From the IMG/VR virus record IMGVR_UViG_3300020411_000003: 64,000 nt of DNA. One strand, 5' to 3'. Origin of the DNA: a virus. The stretch's first letter is position 1. Every line of letters begins with the position of its first letter. Positions 41,606 through 54,400 of this stretch are shown here, piece by piece. Under the pieces are notes generated by a model. That model searched no databases and was not told where the DNA came from. It worked only from the letters and a program-made list of their open reading frames with translations. Position numbers and translations under genes: made by a program.

Positions 41606-44600
41606 ATGCTTTGATCAAGTACTTACATAATATGTAAGGATGCAAGAGTGGAACATCAATATCAGGATCAATAGTTGCTTGTGGTTCTATCTTAGTAGTT
41701 GATTTTAATGTCAATGTTGCTTCAGATGCACCAAGACCAGAACTATATGTAATACCTGGACCTGTCTCACCTTGAACAGTATAACTTAATGAGTCAACAC
41801 CTGGTTTACTGATCTTACCAGCAGTAGGAACAAATACAAGACCACTCACCTTTTCATTCCAATAAATGAATTCACATATACCATAGTGGTCACTGTCTGC
41901 ATCATTATCATTAGCAGCACTAGGTGTTGCACGTGGTTGTTCAATCTTTATCTTAGTACCAACTGCTTTAGCATCTGTTGGCATTGCTACTGAATAAGTA
42001 TACCATTTAGTATCACCACTTGCACCATCCCATGCTTGACTGAGTACAGGAACATCACCAATAATAGGATCAGTTCTAACTGAGTTTGGTGTAATAATAG
42101 TATCAATTAATGTCCAATCAGTTGAATCAGCAGCTTGATAGTATACACGTAGAACTTCTTCTGGTACGTTACCACCATTGACACCATTACCTCTACATGC
42201 CTTGATGGAGAAATAATTGCAATTGGTTGTGTCAACTGGATTCAATGTAATGAATCGTGTGCCAGTTGTACCACTGAGACCACCGAACTTGACATAGTTG
42301 GTATATTGTTGTGAACTATTAGAAGCAAGAAATAATTGATCAACAACACCAGCAGCATCATCAACTGTGGATGTAACCTTAGTACCACCACCAGCTCCGT
42401 TCATAACATAGATGTATGGTATCTCTGTGTATCCACCACCAGCAGAATCTAAATTGATTGCTGTTACTTTATTAGATGCTACAGTTACTGATGCTTGAGC
42501 AGCAGTGGTAGCACCACCACCAACAATATAAACGTCTGGTACTTGTGTGGTTGGTAGTTTAAAGTTGCCAGCACTACCAGTACCAGTACCACCACCAACA
42601 ATATTTACATCCCATACTGTGTTGTCTTGTGATCCTGATGCAATAATGTCACCTGTTGATGTACCTGTTGATCCACCAGTATATCCAACAATCTTACCTA
42701 ATCCAATCTTAACATATCCATCACTACCATTACTTGTAGAACCAGTAGTTTGTCCACCTGGACTAACACCTGCTCCACCACCACCAACTGTAACTGATAC
42801 TGAACCAGGATTATTTAAGTTAGACCATTGTATTGATCCACCCCAGATAGCACCTGATCCACCACCACCGCCTCCAGCAGTCCAGTAATCATTATTATAT
42901 GTGACGCTTAAACTAACACCACCTCCACCAGTATTTGAATGACTGAATGAATTGAGACTAAACCAGTCAGTACGATAAGAACTAACACCTGAAAGTCCTG
43001 CACCACCACCTTGGTGACCTCCATCTCCTCCAGGAGCACCGCCTGGACCTCCTGATGCACCACCATTTCCTTGTCCACCAAATGATACACCATTTCTAGC
43101 AACGCCAGCACCGCCAGCTCCACCTCCACCACCGATACATCCGTAGTGTCCACCGCCACCACCAGCACCTGGACCTAGAGCTTGAGTTGTTCCATCTGGT
43201 TGAGAATATCCTGATGGTGGTCCTCCACCATTAACGCCAGCACCACCGTCATAACCAGATGCACCAGCACCTCCACCGCCACCAGCACCTGCTAAGATTT
43301 GAGTACCACGCATGATCATGCCAGCAGCACCGCCACCGCCACCATCTGCTTCTAGGTGTCCTTCACCACCATATCCACCATTAGCACCCATGCTATTGGA
43401 TCCACCATTTCTACCACTAGCAGCACCACCAAATTTAACATTCCACCCACCAGTTGAAAAACTACTCAACTGTGACTGAATCATATCAACAACTAACGTG
43501 CCACCATTATATCCTGTGTATCCACCACGACCAGCATTTCCACCCTTTCCACCTCTTACTGTGAATTGTACTGCACTTGGATTAGTAATACCCTGAGTAT
43601 TAAATGTACCATCTTGATTAAGTGTCTCAGTATATGTACCACTTTGTCCACCGACGAGTAGATTTATACCAGCAGTTCCATTTCCTGGTTGGTTCTCACC
43701 CCATAATCCAGCAGTTCCACCACCGTTAGGATTATTTGGATAGTCTGCGACTGGCCAACCATCTGATGTCTGACCATTAACACCATTACCACCATCCTGA
43801 CCATCTGAATTACCAGTGGCTGAAACACTACCAGATTGTGTGGCACTACCACCATCACCACCGTCTCCTCCTTGCTGTCCGTTGGATGCACCTCCACCCT
43901 CTCCACCTTCAGCAACTAAGTTTAGATCACTACCAACAACTATACTACTATTGCCACCATTATTACCAGCAACATTACCAGCAGCACCTGATCCACCACC
44001 ACCAGTAACTGTGTATATTAATCTATCTGGTGTACCTGTAATATTTCCTAAGTTAATGCTGTATGATCCTGGTGAAGAATATGTCCACTCATCTGAATAA
44101 TCATATACAGGAGTACCACCAGTGTTAACTGTTCTACCACCAATATTAGATGAACCAGTAAACTGTTTCATTACTGGGTCAGGTATGTATGTCTGGAACA
44201 CATAAGAACCAGCACCTTGAGCACCTGATGCCATATAGAACTGTTCATTTGCAGCAGCAGTTGGATCTTTAAGTGAACCACAACCACCAGCACCACCAAA
44301 TGCATCAAATACATCATAGGTAGCAACAGTATTATCTGTAATAGGACTTCTTAATAGTCCATGCTTGTGTGTGAATACAATACCACCAGTAGGATACCAT
44401 CTAGCAAGTCTACCTCTACCTTCACGATAGTCTTGTAGATACCTATCACCACCTGCTTCTGCTTGATATTGGTTAAATCCTGGTACAGTATGATATACTG
44501 TGTGACTATGTTGTGGAGCACCAGAGAGTTTAGTCTCTCTCATTGTTATATCAATCTGTTGTTGACCAATAATAGTACACTCAACAGTCTCAACAACATT

Positions 44601-45398
44601 CTCATATCCAGTAGTAACTATTCTACCAAGTGAGAAGTATTCATCTTGTTGATCCTTATCAAGATACCATGCACCACCTGTAGTACCAACACCAAGTGTT
44701 GAGTTACCTACGTTAGGAGAGTTGTTACCAAATACAGGACCATTACCAACAATCTTTCTCGTTCTTAAATCAGGTACTTTAAATGTTCCTAAGTTTGGAT
44801 CACCCCACCATTCCATTACATTATTAGTATTGATACCTTCAATAGAACCATCATCACTAGTAATTCTTGCTTCAGCAACAGCACCAGATCCACCACCACC
44901 TGAGAATGTTATTGCGGGTGCAGTTACATATCCTTGACCAGGATTAATAACATCAACACGTACAACCTTTCCATTTTCAACTGTTGCACTTGCTGTGGCA
45001 TCTGTCCCACCAGCAGGAGCAGCAGCAATTGCTACGTTAGGATTAGATGTATAACCAGATCCACCATTTGTTATATCAATACCACTACTAGCTCTACCAC
45101 CATACTTGTTACCAATTAATTCAAATAATCCTGGAAAATCACCAATATTATACTCTGCTCCATCACAATACAAATAACCCTGATGAGTATATGCAGGATC
45201 ATCTTTTACTGCATAAGCATTACCAGTAGTCTCTGTTAAAGCAGGGAATGTGGTAGCACCAAACTTAACAAAATTATGATCATACGAATTTGTGCCAGTC
45301 TTTAAATTGGGTACAATAGCACCCACTGGTGTTGTATCTACGGTAAGATCTGTATAGAAACCTTGCCTAGTATTTCTGTATAATTGTGTTGATGTCAT
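41601..45398 (-). CDS. Tail-collar-domain fibre with long Gly-rich region (1265 aa)
   Basis: GYLYCDGAEYNIGDFPGLF...FKVPDLR collar motif, GGGG(G/S)GA repeats, terminal YLIKAF. Confidence 0.85.
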   Translation of the reverse strand: MTSTQLYRNTRQGFYTDLTVDTTPVGAIVPNLKTGTNSYDHNFVKFGATTFPALTETTGNAYAVKDDPAYTHQGYLYCDGAEYNIGDFPGLFELIGNKYGGRASSGIDITNGGSGYTSNPNVAIAAAPAGGTDATASATVENGKVVRVDVINPGQGYVTAPAITFSGGGGSGAVAEARITSDDGSIEGINTNNVMEWWGDPNLGTFKVPDLRTRKIVGNGPVFGNNSPNVGNSTLGVGTTGGAWYLDKDQQDEYFSLGRIVTTGYENVVETVECTIIGQQQIDITMRETKLSGAPQHSHTVYHTVPGFNQYQAEAGGDRYLQDYREGRGRLARWYPTGGIVFTHKHGLLRSPITDNTVATYDVFDAFGGAGGCGSLKDPTAAANEQFYMASGAQGAGSYVFQTYIPDPVMKQFTGSSNIGGRTVNTGGTPVYDYSDEWTYSSPGSYSINLGNITGTPDRLIYTVTGGGGSGAAGNVAGNNGGNSSIVVGSDLNLVAEGGEGGGASNGQQGGDGGDGGSATQSGSVSATGNSDGQDGGNGVNGQTSDGWPVADYPNNPNGGGTAGLWGENQPGNGTAGINLLVGGQSGTYTETLNQDGTFNTQGITNPSAVQFTVRGGKGGNAGRGGYTGYNGGTLVVDMIQSQLSSFSTGGWNVKFGGAASGRNGGSNSMGANGGYGGEGHLEADGGGGGAAGMIMRGTQILAGAGGGGGAGASGYDGGAGVNGGGPPSGYSQPDGTTQALGPGAGGGGGHYGCIGGGGGAGGAGVARNGVSFGGQGNGGASGGPGGAPGGDGGHQGGGAGLSGVSSYRTDWFSLNSFSHSNTGGGGVSLSVTYNNDYWTAGGGGGGSGAIWGGSIQWSNLNNPGSVSVTVGGGGAGVSPGGQTTGSTSNGSDGYVKIGLGKIVGYTGGSTGTSTGDIIASGSQDNTVWDVNIVGGGTGTGSAGNFKLPTTQVPDVYIVGGGATTAAQASVTVASNKVTAINLDSAGGGYTEIPYIYVMNGAGGGTKVTSTVDDAAGVVDQLFLASNSSQQYTNYVKFGGLSGTTGTRFITLNPVDTTNCNYFSIKACRGNGVNGGNVPEEVLRVYYQAADSTDWTLIDTIITPNSVRTDPIIGDVPVLSQAWDGASGDTKWYTYSVAMPTDAKAVGTKIKIEQPRATPSAANDNDADSDHYGICEFIYWNEKVSGLVFVPTAGKISKPGVDSLSYTVQGETGPGITYSSGLGASEATLTLKSTTKIEPQATIDPDIDVPLLHPYILCKYLIKAF

Positions 45399-46762
45399 TA
45401 GATCTTAATTAGGTATTCCATTACAACAAAAGGAGCACATGCACTATCTATTGAAACTGATGAGTCTGCACCAACTGTCATAGTAGTTTGTAAATTCTCA
45501 GGTGGAATGACAATAGCATTTGTCTTAACCTGATAGTTATGATCTCCTTTCTCTAAATCAATACGATGATTATGTATAGTAGGATCGAGACCTCCCTCAC
45601 GTGGTAATTCTGCTGTATCTGTTATAGTATTCTCTAGGTCTGTTGTAGCACGACCAGTAACTACTGAATCATTTGCTTGTAGTGGTAACACATCATATAA
45701 ACTGTTACCAAGAAAATCTTCAGGTACACCTTGAGCACCCTGAATATATGTTGGTTGAACTGTTATAGTATCATTAGAAATAGCACCTCCACCTGGAATA
45801 CAAACAAATAATAATTGTACGACGTTTCTATAACGTGCTATATTAGATCCATCAGCAGAACCAGCAAGTGTTCCTCTATTAATAGGACCCATTGTTGAGT
45901 TTAATATACAATTATATGTGTATTGATCACCAGCACCATATATGCAGTGACCCCAATAGATAGTACCCTGTGGACCTTGTGTTGATGTTGCACCACCACC
46001 TGAACCTGGAGACCATTTATCTATAGCAAAACAAGGTTGTTGTCCTGATCCTGGTACCCCACTACTATTTGTAGTTCCATCCAACCAATCCTGAATAGGA
46101 ATAGTAGAAGCATTTCTTCTACCAAGTTGACCCTGAACCTGTGGAGCATTAGTACCAGTCTCTGTTACTGCTAAGTTTCTCGCTCTTACAGCAGAGTGGA
46201 AGTGTGCGTGTGGATGAATAGTATTCTCTTCAGCACCTTCACTATCTGTACGGTGTGTTGCACCAGCATATGTCCAAGAGGGTTTACCTCTAATATCAAT
46301 CTCTTGACTTGGTACTGAAATAGATCCACTATAATCTATTCTAACATTATCACCAATAGCAGAGACTGCTTCAATACCAATACCAGATCTACTAACCTCT
46401 GTACCTAATGAATTATCTAATCTTATATTATTATATAATCCTGAGTTAGCACCTGAAGTTGGTTCAGGATACTTAGAACCAAGATCGGGAACCATAAACT
46501 GTGAATCAGTTAATGTATCAAAATTTGATAGATCATTATTCTTTCTGATAAACTTACAGTTCTCACCCACACCACATATAGCTGCTAGTTGTGGATAATC
46601 ATCTGCATAATATTTTGTACCATCACATTTTAAATAACCAGCAGGTAAATTCTTTATATTAAGAGTACCATCAGGTAATCCCTCATACTCTACTGGCCAA
46701 ATAATAATTTGACCTGTCAGATTACCATACTTAGCTCTTTCTTTAGCGTAAAATGTTGCCAT
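45398..46762 (-). CDS. Tail-collar-domain protein (454 aa)
   Basis: PAGYLKCDG...YPQLA...FMVPDLG, HPHAH and HNH motifs, terminal YLIKI. Confidence 0.85.
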   Translation of the reverse strand: MATFYAKERAKYGNLTGQIIIWPVEYEGLPDGTLNIKNLPAGYLKCDGTKYYADDYPQLAAICGVGENCKFIRKNNDLSNFDTLTDSQFMVPDLGSKYPEPTSGANSGLYNNIRLDNSLGTEVSRSGIGIEAVSAIGDNVRIDYSGSISVPSQEIDIRGKPSWTYAGATHRTDSEGAEENTIHPHAHFHSAVRARNLAVTETGTNAPQVQGQLGRRNASTIPIQDWLDGTTNSSGVPGSGQQPCFAIDKWSPGSGGGATSTQGPQGTIYWGHCIYGAGDQYTYNCILNSTMGPINRGTLAGSADGSNIARYRNVVQLLFVCIPGGGAISNDTITVQPTYIQGAQGVPEDFLGNSLYDVLPLQANDSVVTGRATTDLENTITDTAELPREGGLDPTIHNHRIDLEKGDHNYQVKTNAIVIPPENLQTTMTVGADSSVSIDSACAPFVVMEYLIKI

Positions 46763-48423
46763 TAGAATGCCTTGATGATGAATGTCATAGTTAACGAAGG
46801 TTGTGTAGTATCACATGAAATATTTAGAGCATTTTCTAAACTTTGTGCCTGTAATGCAGAACCATCTGCATTATCAGCAGTATGTGATGGAGGACCAGAC
46901 ATTGATCCTATACCCTGTTGAATTTCAAAACTACCATGATTATGTGCTCTGAATGCAGACTGAACTGGATCCTTATTCTCTGCACCTAAGTTCATTGAAG
47001 TTGGCCATGCACCATGTCTAAATTTAAGATCATATGTACCAGAAACTAATGTTGATGCACTAAGAGTAACTTCCCACTGTGGTGTAGGATTAACATCAAC
47101 TTCTTGAGCAGCTTCCATTGTCTGTACATAAGTACCTTCTCTTAAAATATCATACTTATCATCCACATTAACAGGTGTCACATACATCAATGGAGTTATC
47201 TTATCCCACTGATACCATGTGTCTGGTGCAGTACCATACTGTCGTCTAAGATCAGTACCAGCAGGTAATATAATTTTATTAGTAGCATCAAGTATACATC
47301 CTGAAACAGTAAACACTGGTGCAGTTTCAGGGTCGTCTACCAAACCATCAGATCTTAATGGTGATCCTGTATCATATCCAAAGTAGTTTGGTCTAGACCT
47401 ATATTCCATAGGTCTTGGGAACATACCAGTATGATTTGGTGTCTTGTGTGTATCTACAGGAACAGTATCTAACAACTGATCTGTGTTTCCTCTACTGAAA
47501 ATTGTTTGTGTGTATGTTGTAGTACCATGTCCAGATCCTCTGTCACTGGTATTGGTACGCCAGTTTGCTTCACCAGCAGGAGTAGTACCCCAGTAGTCTT
47601 TATTAGTACTGTCTGTTATGAACTCCATGAAACTATCCATACGTGGTAGAGTATGCTCATGAGTTTCATCACCATAGAATGTTATGTTAGTTGCACCATT
47701 CTGCCATGATGTTGGTTCAGCAGCTTTAAGAGCACAAGTATTAGGACCATCAGTAGCACAATATACACTAGCAGAACCAGTCATCTCTATACCTTGGTCT
47801 GTCCTAAATGTCATTGCACCAGTAGGGTTGGCATTGGTAGATAATATATTATCTGAGTGACCATGAGCAGGAGTATGATTAATACCTAACTTACGATTCA
47901 GTGTGTATATTGTCTCAATAAAATCAGGAGCAAATAAAGTTATGTTAGTGAACTTAAAGTATAAGTTACCAGCTATATTAAGTGTAAAATCAATATCAGA
48001 TGTTGCTTCATAGGTTGTAGTAACTGAGACAGTTTCACCATAGTCTTGAACTAGATGACCTACTACAGACTGAGCATCATCTTGACCATGTTGATACGTT
48101 GGATCATTAAGATCTGTATTCTCTAGGTCAGTCATTACTCTATTAGATAACTGAGGTAATCTAAACTCAGCATTATCATAACCAATATAAGGGAATGGAT
48201 AATGATCTCCATTAGTATCAACCATACTACCACCATAGGTGTCACCTAAATTTGATGCAAGTAATGGATAGTCAGAAGCTTTTAAAGTCTGACCTGTACA
48301 TACTATCCATCCTCTAGGTATGTTGGAAGCAAGGAAACCTGTACCACCATCACCGCCCCAAGGTAGGATTGTTCCTACCTTTGCAGTTCTCATACTTTTA
48401 ATAGAATCGTAGAATGCAGTCAT
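46762..48423 (-). CDS. Tail-collar-domain protein (553 aa)
   Basis: VGTILPWGG...IPRGWIVCTGQ...YPLLA...FRLPQL, terminal FIIKAF. Confidence 0.85.
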   Translation of the reverse strand: MTAFYDSIKSMRTAKVGTILPWGGDGGTGFLASNIPRGWIVCTGQTLKASDYPLLASNLGDTYGGSMVDTNGDHYPFPYIGYDNAEFRLPQLSNRVMTDLENTDLNDPTYQHGQDDAQSVVGHLVQDYGETVSVTTTYEATSDIDFTLNIAGNLYFKFTNITLFAPDFIETIYTLNRKLGINHTPAHGHSDNILSTNANPTGAMTFRTDQGIEMTGSASVYCATDGPNTCALKAAEPTSWQNGATNITFYGDETHEHTLPRMDSFMEFITDSTNKDYWGTTPAGEANWRTNTSDRGSGHGTTTYTQTIFSRGNTDQLLDTVPVDTHKTPNHTGMFPRPMEYRSRPNYFGYDTGSPLRSDGLVDDPETAPVFTVSGCILDATNKIILPAGTDLRRQYGTAPDTWYQWDKITPLMYVTPVNVDDKYDILREGTYVQTMEAAQEVDVNPTPQWEVTLSASTLVSGTYDLKFRHGAWPTSMNLGAENKDPVQSAFRAHNHGSFEIQQGIGSMSGPPSHTADNADGSALQAQSLENALNISCDTTQPSLTMTFIIKAF

Positions 48424-48427
48424 ATCT

Positions 48428-51400
48428 TTAGAGTTCGATTAACCACCATCCTCTCAATCCAGGAGGAATGGTTTGAGCAGAAGCAGAACCTTCAACGTCA
48501 ACAGTACCAGCATAAACTAGACCGAATGATGCGTTGCGTGTCTGAATAATTAACTCACCTGAATCCCATGCTGTATTCAATGTCTGACCAGCACCAGCAG
48601 CAATTCTTGAACCAGAACCATCACCTTGAATATTCGTGGCAATGTTATTGATCTTCTTCGCTCTGATAATCAGACTTGTGTTGTATGTGAGGTTACCACT
48701 CAATTCAACAAATCTAATCATGTCACCTGTTTGTGCATTGTCTGGTAGGTAAACAACCATGTTACTTCCAGAAGATGCATTAACAAGATAGTTTTGGTTA
48801 ACTTGTAGTGGGTTATCAATCTGTTGTCCAAGACCTGTTGTAGGATCGAAGGCAACATAAGTATGTCTTCTACCACCACCTGCTGTCCAGTATTTCTCGA
48901 TACCGAATGAATCGATAGCGTTGTTCTGATAGATCTTGAAGTCCTTAGGACCTTCAGTTCCACCAGTACCAGCAGCACCTAAGTTATCTATATGGAATAT
49001 TGGATCAATTGCTGATTCAACTGACAATACCTTACCTTTCTGATAGAAGGTTTCACCCATCAAGATGTTACCTTCTCTGTTGGTAACTCTGAATGAAGTC
49101 TCGGTTGAGCAGACCCCATGCATCTGACAGTTATCATAGTAGATCTTAAGATCACCGTAGAATGCAGCAGCACCCTTAAGTGTAAGACCAGCAGTCTCTG
49201 TCTTAGGATCTTCAAGTGATCCATCACCTGAGTGACCATCATCGTTAGCGATAGACATGACCAGAGTCTTGCCATCAGAACCATACATTCTGAGGACACC
49301 ACTCATAATCTCAAGATCCTGATTAATCGTTGTGGATCCACCACCAAATAGTTGAACTGGTGTAGTACCAACAACGTTAGGTTCTCTGATCTGCTTAGGC
49401 ATCTTGATTGCATAGAATGCATCAAGTGTTCCATCAACAGAGTCAGGTAAGAAGAATTCAGATCCGATTCTTACAAGAGTTACATAATCAAGTTTAGGAG
49501 CAATTAGATCAGCATCCTTAAGTGAGATCTCTAATCTAATATCACTTTGGTTAGGTGTTCTAGCTTTAAGTTCAGTTGCTCTATCAGCCTGCAATGCAGG
49601 AACATCATGTAGAAGTGTTGTAGTTCTATCATACTTGTCTAACTTAACAACGTTAGCACCGATAGAGAATGCTCTGGCACTAGTGCCTTCCATTCCACGA
49701 CCACCGTTAGTATACTGAGCATTAGATGATGTTGGAAGTAATAGTTCTCCACCACCACCTGTGTAAGGATCATCAGTAATCTGAATAATCTCAATAGCAT
49801 CAGTAGTATAGATTGCAACCAAATCACCCTTAGTGAAGGATGTCAAGTTACCTTGAATCTCAATGTTAGATGTTGCAGTTACAACGTTATCAGCAGTAGT
49901 TGTTGCAGGACCACCAGAGATAACAGACATTGGATTATGTCTGTAAACGTGGACTTCATCAACACCCTTAGTGTATGCAGCAGGAGCAGTACCATACTGT
50001 TCTGCAAGCATGAACACTGTGCCATGATGGTTACCGATAGTTGTGTCACCTGTACAAGTGTCAACTTCGAAGGTTGTTATCTCCGAACCATTTGTTATAG
50101 TTAACTTCTTATTGGTAGGATCATTAGTATATGGTGAAGCACATGTACCATTAAGACTTAGTTGACCATTGATAACAGTGGTTCCACCTGTACCTAACTG
50201 AGTGTTACCAGTTGTTGAATCAACTTCAAAGACTGTTACCTCATTAGCAGTATCACAACCATTCTTAATGGATAGTTTCTTAGCAACCTGAGATAAGAGA
50301 ACCTTGACCTTGAACATCTCACCTTGATCAAAGATACCATTATTTGTAGTATCTTCACGATCAATGATTACATAATCTCCAAGTTCAATAGAACCACCAA
50401 ACTGTGCTAAGTATACATTTTCTTCAGCACCTGTGGCATCTATAGTTGTAGTTGTCCAAGTAGCATTATACTGAACAACACACTTGTAGATTGCTGTAGT
50501 ATCTGGATGATCAGATCTCTTAGCAGTGTATGTACCAAACGGTAGTCTCTCAACTACAATCCAGTAAGGTGCAACGTTAATTCTTGGAAGAGAAATAACT
50601 TTAACAAATTCTGGATGTCTGTTACCTGAGTCATCAGTATCAATGAGAAGTATATCTTGCTCACTAATATATTGATCACCATTGTTATCGAACGGACGAT
50701 TCTTAAGTGGTAAGTAGTACTGTTCACCAGTTAGAGCTGGTAGAGTTAGAGGTTCAACAGTTCCAGAAATCTGTGTGATTTCATTCTGGAATATTGTTCC
50801 ACCCCAATCACCAGTACCTGCTGTATCAACTGCGTTGTATACATCAGACGTACTTGCAACTCTTAGTACATCAATCAAGTCAACATTACTGTTGAATACA
50901 TTGTTACCAAGATCTCCACTAGCATGAGAGAATGCAGTAGATCCAATCTGTGCTCTGTATGCTGTGAATGAGTAAGAAGCAAATCCACCACAGAGTGTGA
51001 TATCAGAGTTAAATCTAGCAGATGAATCAACAACTAGGTTGTTTCTAATTGTTGTAGTACCACCTTTACCAGCGATTGTTATTTCAGCAGCGTTGGTAGC
51101 AAAATCAAGTTTAGATGTAGCAGAGTTACCAGAGAAGAACTCAACAGTTCCAGCAGTAGAGGTTAACTTAACAGTATCAAGTAGTCCTCTATCTGTTCCT
51201 AACTGGAAGTCTCCCTTAGTCTTGAATGACTTAGTACCTATAAGTGTGAATGATAATGATTCGTTATTATTATAAGCACCACCTATCTCTATCTTAGAAA
51301 TGTTAGTGGAAGTATCAGGAGTAGCACCAATCCATATATTACTATGGAGTGAAGCATTACCTACACGAATGAATTGATCAGCAGTGCTATCGTTAGCAAC

Positions 51401-54400
51401 ATGAACTGTAGTTGCAAGAGGTGCAAAATCTAATGTTCCTTCGAATAGACTTGGGAAGAACTCAATCGTTCCTGTAGTAATAGTAGTTCTAACCTGTGCA
51501 GTATTAGTTCCACCACCACCATTGATCTCGATGTCTTCTTCAAACTTAGCATCACCAGTGAATCTAGACTCACCATCAACAACTAATGCTCTATCTAATT
51601 CAGTGTTAGTTACATTGATACCAACACGTCCACCATTAGCAGTAGAAACTCTAAAGGTTGACTCATTTTCTGGTGTAGCACTGTCGCCACCAACCATGAA
51701 CGCATCAGTACGATCCTGATATGTTCTGGTAGCATCAGTTGCATGTGATGCATAATCAGTGATCTTCTTACCACTGATGAATGCAGTACCAACAACATCT
51801 AAGTTAGCACGTGGTGTTGTCTTAGCATCAACGAAGTTCTTCTCGAAGGATGCCTTATCAGATCTACCAACTGTGTTAACACCAAGTTTGTAATCACCAA
51901 TAGTATCAGACTCTGTTCTAAGTGCTTCAGCACCAATAACACCCCACTCTTTCCAGTTGGAGTTAGAGTACTCAAGTCTAATATTAGGATTGTTAACAAC
52001 CTCATCAGACCACATTCTTGGGTTCTGATTGTTAACACTATTCTTGGTTGCACCGATAGCAATTTGTAATGTATCAGAAGCAGGATTAAATCCATTTGAT
52101 ATAACCTGCCATGTACCATTGAAATCACTATCAGAGAATCCTGTGATCTTAATCTCAGAGGATGATGTGATACCAAGTTGTGTGTTAGTTAGTGAAACCC
52201 ACTTGATTGTAATAACGTTGGTGTTGTTGAATGCAAATGATTCAGGAACAGCGTTACCAATTAATGTGTAGTAGTTAGAGTAGATCCAACCAAGTGATCC
52301 AGTCTTACCAATACTCTCACCCTTAAGTAAGAAGTCACCAGAGGTAGGAGCACCAGCATTACCATACTGAACAATTTGTGATGCACCAAATGCACCAGTC
52401 TGATCAGGAGTAATATTAGAAGGTACAGCACCTACAACATGTGTCTGAATCTTATATGCTTGACCATCTCTGCGACTATTGAACTGGAAAATTGCTGCGG
52501 AAATTTTATTCCTAGCAATGACAATATCACCACCAGTTTCGACATTTCTGACGAATGCTGATCTATCAAGAGAACCATCATCAATAGCAGGATCAACGAA
52601 GGAAGAAACTACCAACGCAGGGTTGTTTCTAACAGTTCCAAGAACATTAATTAGAACAGGTGAGTTGAATGTACTTCTCTTATCCTGAGCCTCACCACCA
52701 TTAACAGTGATGTACTCATTAAATGTAACAGGAGTATCAAACGTAGTAACTAGATTGCCTAGTGTCTCGTCATCATCAGCAGAATCCTGAAGTGTTGCAG
52801 ACTCAAGGAATACTTCTTCACCAGTGATAGCATCAATCTTACGGTTACCAATGTATAGGTCACCATTTGAGTTAAGACCAGTGTAGAATACTAAACCACC
52901 ATCTTGCTTCTTAGACTGTGCATAGAAATCTTGTATCTCTGTGAGTACAACTTCTTGACGTTGAGGTAGACCAGTTGAGTAGTTACCTGGACCAAAACCG
53001 AGATATTCAAATGTGTGGTTACCTGCTCTTGCGATAGATGGTCGTCTAAGTTCAACGTAGTATCGTTGATCTGTTTGGACTGTACTATCACCAGCGATAG
53101 GAATTAATCTATCTTCTGATCCAGAAGCAGCGTTACCCTTCTGTGCTCTAATTCTATTATCAACGGAGGCTGATACTTGTGTATAAGTATTAGTTCCAAA
53201 TGCATTGTTCTTAACCAGATCAATGACACTCTCTTGAGTTAGTGAACCCTTGAAGTCATTAACTCTTACAAGACCGTGAACATAGTTATCAGCAGCAGAA
53301 TATGTCTGAGGTGGATCAACTAATGTTGCATCCAACTGCTGATACCAGAGAGGATCGTTCTTATAGTTTAATGGATATAGTTTGCTGATAGGCTGAGAGA
53401 ACTTGAAGTTCTTGAAGTTACCTAAGTTACCAGCACCTTGAGGCATTGGTGAAATATTACCACGAACAGCAGTTAGATAGTAGATACCATCTTGCTGACC
53501 ATAGATACGTTTCTGAATCTCCTGTGTATTGAAGATGTAGAATGTGTCATCAATCTGACCAACATCTTCTACTGACTCAACATAGTATTGGATACTTGCA
53601 TCGTCTTCAATAATATCACCAGGTGTGATAGTATATACAGCAGCACCATTCTGTCTGTAATAGTATTCAGGATAACCTTTCTTGATAAGATCCTTAAGTA
53701 CCAATGACTTACCCATGTCAGCATCAGCAAGTAGATCTGCGAATGCAGTACCCTGACTGAATCTGATATTATCAATAGAATCATAATCAATCTTACCAAC
53801 TGTATCCTTAAGGATCATGTGCCATGTAGTAGTACCAGGTACTTGCATGATGGCATGTAGATAACCATAACCACTAGAGTTACCAGCCCACTCGATTCTG
53901 TTACCTGCTACAGATTGTGTCTTGTTCGCAACGAATGCTCCACCTTGAGGTGCAGTAATCTTAACAGTAGTAAACTTAGTGTTTGCTAGTGCAGTGTTAG
54001 TAACACCCTGTTCAAATACAGTTAGTTCTAGATAATCATCAGCACCCTGAGTAACATATCTACCAGACTGAATCGTCATTGAGATATAGTTCTGAGTTGT
54101 GATAGTCTTAGCAAACTGTGTATTACCTACAAGATCTTTCTTGTATGGATCGTATGCTACTTCTTCATTAAGACTGAAGTTAATGAAGTCTTCCTTAGTG
54201 TAACCAATGTACTCGTTAGACTGTACTGGGTTAGAGAAACGTGCTTTAGTTACGTTACCAGATACAGGTTTCAGTAATAGTTTCTGAGGTACTAACCTTC
54301 TTGTTTCGTCAGTCCTTGTCTTAATAGTAAATCCGTTGAGTGGATCACGAACAGACTGTAAGTACTGAGGAATAACATAACGTAAACGATATAATCTATC

